A stretch of 63,082 bases of DNA, counting the filler, from Reticulomyxa filosa (lineage: Eukaryota; Protista; Foraminifera): NCBI GenBank assembly GCA_000512085.1. It is 19 parts of 19 records of this genome, joined end to end, with 100 filler letters (N's around TTAATTAATTAA, not from the genome) between each part and the next. Parts side by side here need not be neighbours in the genome. Positions count along the whole stretch, not along the records: positions 52,025 to 55,955 come from ASPP01011403.1; positions 56,056 to 59,094 come from ASPP01025680.1; positions 59,195 to 60,609 come from ASPP01000960.1; positions 60,710 to 61,950 come from ASPP01049270.1; positions 62,051 to 63,082 come from ASPP01018303.1; 14 more parts are not named here. One strand, 5' to 3'. The notes below the pieces were generated by a model that was given only the letters and a program-made list of their open reading frames with translations, was not told where the DNA came from and searched no databases. Below are positions 53,985-63,082 of this stretch, piece by piece; position 1 is the first letter of the stretch; every line of letters starts with the position of its first letter. Both the position numbers and the translations under genes were made by a program.

Positions 53985-54310
53985 AAAAACAGTTGCTCAA
54001 ATTATTCAAACAGTTTGACAAAAAAGCTGAAACAGCAACAATATTACAAACAAGAAAAAATTTTAATCAAATTCAGCGTGAAACGTGATTAAAATTACAA
54101 CACAAAATAGTTAAAGTGTTTATATTTTTCGAAAAAGAATTTATACAGATATCTTTAGTAATAAATATGATATCAAATATCGATCGTAATCAGTGTTTAT
54201 ACAACATTACAAAATCGATTAGATGCAAATTTTTATCAAATATTTGAAAGCATTATAACAAGCTGGATTTGAAAGGCAAGTAATAATAATTGGTATTATT
54301 ATCGAAATGG
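53985..54310 (+). pseudogene. Decayed copy of the CUE/PUB-like family
   Basis: KQLLKLFKQFDKKAETATILQTRKNFNQI and ..IKYR..LYN..GFE..NNWYY resemble the peptides at 61000-61470 (minus). Confidence 0.45.
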
Positions 54311-54657
54311 TGATATATCCATTATCAGAAAATTTCAAATAAGTATTTGAAATTTTTGCTTATAATAATTTCGTTAAAATAATTATTGATTAATATTGCA
54401 CTATGTTTTACTGAAAATCATTATTTTAATTTTTATAGCAATTTATATATTTATATCTATAAAAAAGCCTTTTTCTTATACACATGACATTTCTCTTAAT
54501 TTTTGTATCATTTATTTAAGTAATCCAAGGTACAAAAAAAGCCAAAACAAAACAAAGGCCAAATATGCATTACTTTGTAAAATATTACGCCTCAAAGTGA
54601 AGAAATTATTTTTAAAAAACATCATTTCAAAATTTGAAATAAAGAAATATGATGAAA

Positions 54658-55955
54658 TTATTTGCAAAGACTATTAAATGGTTTTGGATTAATGTCCTTG
54701 ATATCACTTGACAATAATTCAATACCATAAATTGCAATTCTTCCTTTTCCACCTTTATTTTTTTCATTTTGATTTCCTCCAATGCATGTGATAGTTCCAA
54801 AAGTGTGTTCGAATTTATTTGGATAAGATTGACCCTGCAATTCAATTAATATTGACCCTCCACTTCCACCTCCACCACCCCATTCATCCCCTCCATTGGA
54901 TTGAATCGAGCCACAATTGATCAATTGTTGCTCAATTATTAATTCAATTATTCCACCACCATTCCCTCCATAGTTAAAAATCAAAGTAATTCCACTTCCA
55001 CCTCCACTTCCAAAATGAATTTCTTTCAACAAGGTCTCTTCTCCATAAATTTCCCCACCTTTTCCATAAATCGTTGATATATCTCTTTCCCCTTTCGTTC
55101 CATAGCCACCACCACCACCACACCTTCCAATTCCACCCTTTCCAGGACCTTGATTCGAAGGATATCCCAATTCTGAACAATCAATAGTAGAGGAAGGATG
55201 TTTAATCCATAAATGACCAGCTTTGATTTTTAAGTGTCCAAGCTCATCTTTATTTTTCTCTCTATCAATACTAACAGTTAATGTAATATTTTTTCCAAGT
55301 AAAAATACTCCAAAATTATAATTATGCCATTCTTTGTTTTTTAATTTTATTTTTTGATTATTTTCATTTATCAATAGAAAATCCGTTCCATTTTTTAAAT
55401 TCGAACTTTTAATGGATGACAATATATTCTCGCAATGCTCATTACATTTAAAACTGGTGATATCTTGTTCTTGTCCATTTTCCTTTTCTTTATCATCATC
55501 TTTATCTTCTTTTTCATCTTTTTCTTCTTCGTCCTCTTCTTCCTCTTCTTCGAATTCTTCTTCGAATTCCTCTTCCTCTTCTACTTCTTCTACTTCTTCT
55601 TCCTCTTCTTCTTCAATCTTTCTTTTAATTTGATTTTGAAGTCGTTGAATATGTGTGTCCTGATTGTCTAATCGATTTTCAATACTTTGTTTGTATTTTT
55701 CAAATTCATCAAATTTGATTTGACATTGTTCCAACTGTTTTTTAAATTCAATGTTTTGTTGGATAAAATCTAGTTTTAATTGTTGGATGTTAGTTATTAA
55801 TGTAGTCATTGTTTGAATTTTGTCCAGTAATTTATCTTTGAAATCGTCAATTTGTTTGCCTTGTTCATCGCATTTTCTTTTTACAAGTTTTTCCAAGTTA
55901 GTAACATTCATATCAAATTTAATTTTCAATTGTTCAATTTGTTGATGTTGTTGTT
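54658..55955 (-). CDS. Coiled-coil + acidic tract + Gly-rich-loop domain protein, 5' partial
   Basis: 423-aa open frame with GGGGGYGTKG, FGSGGGSG, GGNGGGIIEL, GSIQSNG, GGGSGGSILI and GGKGRIAI motifs. Confidence 0.8.
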
Positions 55956-56457
55956 NNNNNNNNNNNNNNNNNNNNNNNNNNNNNNNNNNNNNNNNNNNNT
56001 TAATTAATTAANNNNNNNNNNNNNNNNNNNNNNNNNNNNNNNNNNNNNNNNNNNNAGTTCTTTTCAGCAGACATTCCACATTACTGTAATATTTTACCTC
56101 TATAAATGTATTTTTTTTTTCTGCAGCAATACTTTTCATTGTTGACTTTTTTTATGATTATTATAATATCAAATGACTTTGTTTTTTCATTCAGGAAAAT
56201 TTTGCAAGCACAATACGCGTCGTTGTAAAATAAAAGAAAAGTAATTGTAATAAAAAATGCAGGTAATGCTCTGAGATAAAGCAGCAATTTTTATTGATTG
56301 TTCTTAAATTTAGTAAAAGTTAAATGTTGTTCGCGTTGTCAATTTTAAACAAATAAAAAAAACTCCTTGTGAACTTCTTAAATATGTGTTCATTTACACG
56401 CTAGTTTGGCTTCAGCCCACATACATCAACCCAAAAAGTTTCAGTATTGCTGAATCC

Positions 56458-56520
56458 CAAAAAGTTTTCGAAAGAAGGAAAGTTTATATCCTTTTCATCT
56501 CCACTCTTAGATTTTCTAAA
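56458..56520 (+). repeat. Short direct repeat (second copy 58103-58160)
   Basis: 32-bp exact core caaaaagttttcgaaagaaggaaagtttatat at 56458 and 58103, with a diverged extension. Confidence 0.85.
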
Positions 56521-58622
56521 AATATTTTTAAAAAGCGAAAATAGTCTATATTTCCAAAAATTCAGTTTTCTCGCTTACGTGTTGTCGTCAGTCATGTTGG
56601 CATTGTACTGTAAACATAGCAAAGCATCTTTACCGCCTGAGGAGATAAAAAAAGAACAAGCAAATAAATGCACGTTATTTTTCAATTACAAATTTCAACA
56701 ACTCTTTTTTAAAAAATTCAATAATAAACATTGCATGAATACTTATTGATATTATCTTCAAGATATCAGGGTGTAAAAATTTAAACAATTGTATCGTGTA
56801 TAAGAAATATCACCTCTTTCTTGCATCTCTCTACATTGACATTCAATTTTATCACACTGCATTTCCAATTCAGATTTTTTTTGGATAACATAAATCAACA
56901 AGACTTGGAAACAGCAGGGCCGTAGTGGAAGCGACTGTAGAGTCGAGTGGCTTAGTGTTATGGTCTATGATTGACTATATGATCGGATCCCTCCCGCAAA
57001 ATTTGTCTTTCACTTGGCAACTTGTTTAGAACTAGATATCCTTTTATTGAATAGTGTAAATATCTATTATTTTTAATTAGTATTTGCATTCTGGTGTCAA
57101 TAACAAAAATAGAAAATTTAAATTTAAATGTATTTGTAGAGTAAATATGTAATATTTTTCTTTTTTGTTCAATTTGTCATCGTCAAAAAAAATTATTTTG
57201 CAAAAATATTGCAATAGTTTTACTTGATTAAAGGCAAAAATGAACAAAGTGATTATAAGGTGTGTGTGTGAAGTACAATCAATTTATACGTTTGCAAATA
57301 ACTTATTAAATTAATGTTCCAAACTTGAAACATATAAATATTATTATATTCCAAAAAAAATCAATTCGTCCTCTTATTTCATTAAGAGAATTATTAAAAA
57401 AGAAAAAAAAGAAAAAATAGTAAGCTTTTTAGCTGAAACTTTTTCTTGTTTTATTTGAGAATTTTTCTTTTTTAATAATTTCAATTTTTGAAAAAGAGAA
57501 AAAAGGTCGCCGCTTAACGGCAATATGTTCAATTTCAGCATTCTTCATATATTTGATCCAGGTACCAGAAAATGTAGATGAAACTCTTTTGACGTGAGAT
57601 TGTTAGATGTTCTTGTATATTGTGATAAAAATTAAAGGTAAAATTCAATCTTGTTTCGTTCGAACGAAAGACCGTAAGTATAGAAGCAGCAAATAATCAA
57701 ATGGCTTGATAGTTTGCAATTGTTAAAAAGATTTGTTTTACAATCGTGCAAACTATAATATAGTTAAAGTTAGCAATGGAATAACACTTTTTCATTTGCC
57801 TGAAAATTAAGTTAAACCAATGAGTCAATTGACACTAGCTTTGCATAAATGAAAAATCATAATAATACAGAAACTTGTTATGATTATTAACACAACAATT
57901 TTGTAATATTGGTGATCATATATTTGGATTTCTGTTGAATTTCCACTTAAGAACTTGGACGCAAATAACAGCTAAAAGGGCCCAAAGACAAACAAAAATC
58001 ATACTTTGATGACGCATGGACATATCATATTCAAGTTTTTGTATTATGGCATAAGCAACGGCACTGTCATATTTGTGGTTGGTTTTTCTATATACGTCAA
58101 CACAAAAAGTTTTCGAAAGAAGGAAAGTTTATATTTCTCATCCACAATTAGATTTTCATAATTAAAGTGGCAATTATCTTTTGATCTTTTTTTTCTTTTT
58201 TCTTCACCGTGATTTGGAAAAGAAAATGTTCCTAAAAAACAACTTTTTTTCTTACCAAGAAAAAAACTCTACATAATAAAAACCTTTTTGCGAAATTATT
58301 AACAAAAAGAAAAATGAGCAAATCTGAGGAAAAACGAACTGCTGAAACAAGTTTTGTTTGTTTCAAAGAAAAATAATTTGTAAAGTTTGTTTTTTTTTGG
58401 AACGCAAAAAATTGAAAATTTTTGAAGAAATTGCATTATTGTGTATTATAGCAAAATATCTCGATATTTTGCTCAGCAACTTACGAAAAAACTAAGACAC
58501 AAATGTGACAATTTTTTAGTTACAGCTCAATAAAGTTAAGCCATTACGGTTGGACGCAAATTACTAATAAATGTGTTCCGCTTTTATACCTTTCAATGCG
58601 CGCCACAATTCACTAACATGCT

Positions 58623-59094
58623 TTACCAACATTTTGACTCCTGCCTTTCTTTGAATAATTCGTACTGCCATTGATCAAAATTCATTGTTTTCATCCAATT
58701 GCACAGCAACTCGGTTCTAATTTCAATAATATTTTTTGTATCAGAATAAAAAAAAAGTGAACAAAAAAAAAAAAGATGAACTAACAGATTAATTTTGTCG
58801 GCGCGGTTCAACAACACAATCACTTGGCAAAGTATTTGAACTGCATCTTGTTTATCTTGTGGATCACTGAAAAATAGACTGAATACTCTCCCACTCATAA
58901 GAAGTGGAAGAATGATTTTTGAGATCAGGATAACGATTTTCGAGAGATTTTAAATAGCTTTCGGTGGTCAACTCATCAGCGTATTGGAACATTGGAATAG
59001 TTAAATCAATTATATGTCGACCTAAAATAGCCTTGTTATAAATTTCATCTTCAATGGATTGAAAATCAATTCTTTCATTACTGTCATCATCATA
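58623..59094 (-). pseudogene. Decayed fragment of a large helical protein (possibly RNF213-like C-terminus)
   Basis: IDFQSIEDEIITRLF*..DKQDAVQILCQVIVLL with stops and frameshifts. The family assignment is tentative. Confidence 0.3.
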
Positions 59095-59194
59095 NNNNNN
59101 NNNNNNNNNNNNNNNNNNNNNNNNNNNNNNNNNNNNNNTTAATTAATTAANNNNNNNNNNNNNNNNNNNNNNNNNNNNNNNNNNNNNNNNNNNN

Positions 59195-60279
59195 AGGACG
59201 CAGCAAACAATTTTGCCCGAGGTCACTACACAATTGGGGAACAAATAATTGATAAAGTAAACGACCGATTGAGAAAATTGGTTGATAACTGTGACAATGT
59301 GATGGGATTTGTAATCGGACACAGTGTATGCGGAGACACTGGCTCAGGGCTTGGAGCCTTAATTTTGGAACGTTTGGCGGTTGACTATATAAAGAAACCA
59401 AAAATTAGTTTAAAATTTACCCTTCACCAAACTTGTCAACATGCGTCGTAGAACCTTATAATGCGTTGTTGGCGACTCATTGGTTGTTGGACCACACGGA
59501 AGTTTCTTTGCTATTAGATAACGAGGCCATTTACGGGATCTGCCAAAAGCAATTGAGAATTGCCAAGCCAGATGTAGATAACTTAAATAAATTAATTTCG
59601 AAAGTTATCTCCACCATGACTGCGTCTTTGCGATTTAGTGGTGAATTAAATGTAGATTTGAACGAGTTTCAAACAAACTTGTCCATTTCAATCGCTTACA
59701 TTTTATGACTACCGGAATGAGCCCAATTATTCCGAAAGTTGATGTATCAACAGCGCCAAACGATTCCAAAAAATAACAGATGACTGTTTTAAGCCAGCGA
59801 ACTGTTTTGTGAAATACACCTAATTTGATCCCTCAGAAGACAAGTATATGGCCATTTCCTTGAACTATCGTAGTTACATAAAATCAAAAGAAGCAAACGC
59901 AACAGTGCAATGGTTGAAATCAAATAATAAAATAGCGTTAGTCGAATGTCCAACAGGATTTAAAATAGTATTAAATGAAGTACCAGCAGTAACATTATAA
60001 GATGATGATATTGGAGCATTTAATAAAAATGCTGTGATAATAGCCAACAATATGTGCATTTCGCGTGTATTTAGTAAACGCATTGCCCAAAAATATGATA
60101 TTATGTACTCCCAACGAGCATTTGTACATTGGTACGTAGGAGAAGTAATGGAAGGAGAATTTGCTGAAGCTCGTGAAGACTTATGTTTCTTAGAAAAAGA
60201 TTATTTAGATTTTTTGATTGAACAACCAACCGACTATGTGTTATGTGACAACGCTGGCGACGACACAGGTGACAATTAA
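59195..60279 (+). pseudogene. Divergent foraminiferal/Retaria-type alpha-tubulin pseudogene, intronless, 5' truncated
   Basis: [55 protein letters not shown] and [10 protein letters not shown]. The GGGTGSG motif is mutated to CGDTGSG. Frameshifts ~59410, ~59682 and ~59770; TAA at 59821 and 59998. Confidence 0.95.
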
Positions 60280-60989
60280 AACTTTTTGTGTGTTATTGAA
60301 GTGGTGTAAATGAATTGTACAAATATTTTTTTGAAAACCATGTAGCGAAATGAAGTGGCTATATGTTATCCTTTCCAAAAACAAAAAAGGTTTACTTCAA
60401 ACGTATAAATCAAATTATATGTATCATTATTATATCATTTGATGCATAGCTATCCAAAAAATGCTCAACAGTTGTAATAATGAAAAAAGAAAAAAGCAAT
60501 TGCGAAACAAAGTGTTATATGATCGTAAACAACCAAAAACGTAGCCAAATACTCTTGGAAGTAGATCTCTTCTGTTACTGCATATGTCTTGGACAACTGT
60601 AGATTTTTTNNNNNNNNNNNNNNNNNNNNNNNNNNNNNNNNNNNNNNNNNNNNTTAATTAATTAANNNNNNNNNNNNNNNNNNNNNNNNNNNNNNNNNNN
60701 NNNNNNNNNATAACAATTAATTGCTTTCCAATTATTGTATCATAATATTACTTGGGAAGTTGATGGAAGTGCTAGTGTTGTTGATTTCTTGTACTATACA
60801 TTTAATAATTATCAATTAACTGTACAAAATACTTTGACCGAGTTCATGCAATACTAACTTAATATATGCATTTTAAATACAAAGAAGTTTCATTTACACT
60901 ATTGAAAAAATGATGATTTGACAATTTACTTGTTTGTTGCAATTTTATGCACTTTTTATCTCAAGGTTAGGACGTGATTAAATAATCTT

Positions 60990-61690
60990 CGATTATCACT
61001 AATATCCATTTATTGCTATTGATAGTACCAATTATCATCATTTCCCTTTGAACTCACAATTTTCTAACTCATTTTCCATATCTATGAATAATTCTCGAAA
61101 TCTTCATCTAATGTATGACATTTCTGAAATAAATAGTTGTATAAAACTTGTTTGTTAATTTAATGATATTTGACATGTTTATGATATTTCAAAATATTTC
61201 AAAAAATATGCAAACACATTTCTCGAGATATTTTTAATTCATTTTTTTCTCTCGACATATTACCATCATTTTTTTAATTTACTTTACAATAATGACATTT
61301 TGTAAAGTATTTAACTCATTCAAATTCGATGTTGTACAAATTTCTTTTAATTTCTCGAGTGTCAACAAAAATTTGGTTACAATTTCTCCGTGTTTGTGAT
61401 ATTGTTGTTTTTTTAAGTTGATTGCCAACATTTTTGAGTAATTGCATCAAATGTTGTTGTTTTCATAAATTTGTGCTATATTAAAATATTAAGATATTGA
61501 AGCAATGAATTGATGTTTATATAAATTTAAAAAAGAAAAGAATAGAATAGAAATTTGTTGTTACGTGTTTTCAGTTAGCCGTGTTAAAACACTTTTTGTC
61601 TTTTCAACATTTTGATTAAGGTATTTCAATGCATCTGAAATGATCTCTTCATCTATCTTAGGAAACGTTTGTTGAAGTTGTACTAGCATG
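60990..61690 (-). pseudogene. CUE-like + PUB-like domain gene of an expanded family, pseudogenised
   Basis: MLVQLQQTFPKIDEEIISDALKYLNQNVEKT (CUE-like) and REMCLHIF*NILKYHKHVKYH*INKQ (PUB-like NIL..P...KYR.I), with in-frame stops and frameshifts. Confidence 0.65.
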
Positions 61691-62050
61691 ATAATGATGA
61701 CTTTTTTTACTTTTGAAGATTCAGAAACTTGATTTAGAAATATTAAATGAGTTTCATTGTAAACTTGTAATAATCCAAATCTTTGCAATGAAATAAATAT
61801 TATAATTAATTTATTTAAACAATAAGGATGGAACGTAAATTAGAAAAAGGAGACAATATTGGTATATTTAAAACATAATAAAAAGAAAAATTTGATTAGT
61901 GATGGATTAGTTTTACCCTTTCCAACACAAGGTATCACTTTTTTTAAGAGNNNNNNNNNNNNNNNNNNNNNNNNNNNNNNNNNNNNNNNNNNNNTTAATT
62001 AATTAANNNNNNNNNNNNNNNNNNNNNNNNNNNNNNNNNNNNNNNNNNNN

Positions 62051-62343
62051 AGCTGAGCGGCTAGGGCTTTGGCGCGCTTAATGTCGGCAGGCTGGGTGCG
62101 CTTCGATCCACCAGCCAAGAGGATGACCACTGTTTGACCTCGCTGTGTGAAGTAGACACGCCATCCGGCGCCTACGTCTACCCTCAACTCGGAGACACTG
62201 CCACCACAGGGCGCCACGTCGCCGAACAACCCGGCTTCGACTCGCTTAACGCGCCGCGCTATCGCCGCCTTTGCGATAGGGTCGCTTACAGACTGCAGCC
62301 AGGCGGTGAATTGGGGAAGAGCCTTAATCGAGTACATGCCCAT
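62051..62343 (-). CDS. Type II TA RelE/ParE-superfamily toxin (HigB-like addiction-module killer protein), last codons truncated
   Basis: F..WL.S..D..AKAAIARRVKRVEAGLFGD....GSVSELRVDVGAGWRVYF..RG..VVILLAGGSK.TQ..DI..AK. Confidence 0.93.
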
Positions 62344-62369
62344 AGTGTAATCGAACGGCTACACTATGG
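62340..62369. promoter_or_regulatory. Inverted-repeat operator overlapping the toxin start codon
   Basis: CCATAGTGTA-N10-TACACTATGG is a perfect 10-bp inverted repeat at the position typical of TA autoregulatory operators. Confidence 0.7.
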
Positions 62370-62422
62370 CAATTGCTTTTGAGCCAATGGCGTTTCGCGG
62401 GCGCGAAAAGTGTTGTTCTTAT

Positions 62423-62474
62423 GCAAGCGAAATGACTTGCTAATATTTTGATGTTTGCAAGCGAAAACACTTGC
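62423..62474. promoter_or_regulatory. Two palindromic boxes upstream of parA (candidate operator/parS)
   Basis: GCAAG-cgaaatga-CTTGC (62423-62440) and GCAAG-cgaaaaca-CTTGC (62457-62474). Confidence 0.55.
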
Positions 62475-62544
62475 AATGGGTTTGCAACTTGGGCACAATA
62501 GAGCCTGTCAACAACGACAACCGAACACGGAACATCGAAAGGCG

Positions 62545-63082
62545 ATGATGAAAACTCTGGCTGTTGTGAATCAGAAAGGGGGCGTCGGCAAGAGCGTTCT
62601 TACCTCGCATCTTGCTTACGCTGCAGAAGAGGAAGGTTTGCGCGTCTTGCTGGTGGACCTCGACCGGCAAGGTAGCTTGTCCTTGACTTTCAAGGCGACC
62701 GAGGACGCCGAGCCGGGCATGAAGGCATCCGAGCTTTTCAGCGGTGCCGAACTGACTTCGCGGCCCGAGGTGATTAGCGAGCGGGTTTCGATCATCCGCG
62801 CCGACAAGGAAGCGCTGCAAGAGTTGCAGGCAGACGCCGGCGCCGAGCGACGGCCGAAACACCATCTGTCCCGCCTGGCCGGCGAGTTTGATCTGTGCTT
62901 GATTGACACCCCGGGGAGCATCGGTTTTAACCCGCCTATGACGGTTGGCGCTCTGGTGGCCGCTGACGCGGTTGTGTGCCCGCTGAAGGTCGGCTTCTAC
63001 GAGGCCGAGGCGTTGAAGACCTTTGGGCCTATCTCAAGACGATCAAGACGCCGGCCTATAACCCGCAATTGCGCCTGCTGGG
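62545..63082 (+). CDS. parA: ParA-family partition ATPase, 3' partial
   Basis: NQKGGVGKS (deviant Walker A), RVLLVDLDRQGSLS, FDLCLIDTPG and ALVAADAVVCP. 1-nt frameshift ~63016. Confidence 0.95.
   Translation, partial: MMKTLAVVNQKGGVGKSVLTSHLAYAAEEEGLRVLLVDLDRQGSLSLTFKATEDAEPGMKASELFSGAELTSRPEVISERVSIIRADKEALQELQADAGAERRPKHHLSRLAGEFDLCLIDTPGSIGFNPPMTVGALVAADAVVCPLKVGFYEAEALKTFGPISRRSRRRPITRNCACW

Larger units (their letters stand above)
62051..63082. mobile_element. Bacterial plasmid-like contig (TA toxin + partition ATPase)
   Basis: Abruptly higher GC, no introns, Shine-Dalgarno GAAAGG before parA, and divergent toxin and parA genes. Confidence 0.8.

Noticed and set aside
56915-56997. Possible tRNA-Leu/Ser-like sequence (A-box-like GTCGAGTGG)
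   Set aside because: No GTTCRA T-loop and no consistent cloverleaf.
5335-61200. Stop-codon reassignment (TAA=Gln/Glu, TGA=Trp), suggested by GY*LIG, KYT*FDP, WTPPT*SR and HIF*NIL
   Set aside because: These stops occur only in sequences that also carry frameshifts. Intact genes have long stop-free frames and end in TAA or TGA, which fits pseudogene decay.
1316-62050. Regularly recurring TTAATTAATTAA flanked by Ns as a CRISPR-like or biological repeat
   Set aside because: Fixed 100-bp all-frame-stop linker; an assembly concatenation artefact.
62440-62921. Minus-strand ORFs of 141 and 101 aa
   Set aside because: Shadows of parA on the plus strand, which the ORF track missed because it has no stop inside the window.
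60710-63082. HGT junction between protist DNA and the bacterial TA/parA module
   Set aside because: They are separated by an artificial spacer, so there is no evidence of physical linkage.

Overview
This window is not one locus. It is 19 unrelated assembly contigs joined by an artificial 100-bp spacer (44 N + TTAATTAATTAA + 44 N), so adjacency across spacers means nothing. Contigs 1-18 are AT-rich, intron-containing nuclear DNA of a protist. The divergent foraminiferal-type alpha-tubulin, frequent pseudogenes, poly-A/T and TA-microsatellite introns, and expanded CUE/PUB and Gly-rich families suggest a foraminiferan such as Reticulomyxa filosa (inference, not a database result). Contig 19 is GC-rich bacterial plasmid-like DNA with a RelE/HigB toxin and parA. 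Recognisable genes: patatin lipase, ALDH3, MAPK, TBC+B-box, DUF4291, FkbM methyltransferase, PIP5K, importin-beta, SLC25 carrier, PH-ArfGAP-ankyrin, zf-RanBP/HSPA12-like, Hobbit/Fmp27 (BLTP2), GT34, PIG-O, SerA, a SET methyltransferase and a sulfotransferase-like protein. The most interesting find is a spliced single-pass surface protein (46094-47520, minus). Its ectodomain resembles domain 4 of bacterial cholesterol-dependent cytolysins, keeps the GTTL sterol-recognition loop, and sits on a Pro/Thr stalk with no pore-forming domains: a candidate sterol-sensing or membrane-adhesion receptor. Also notable are a myristoylated PUD1/2-domain protein with a Gly-zipper tail and a GC-AG intron, and an atypical splice grammar (GTT donors, poly-A before AG). 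All family calls come from motif recognition by eye, and exon boundaries are approximate.
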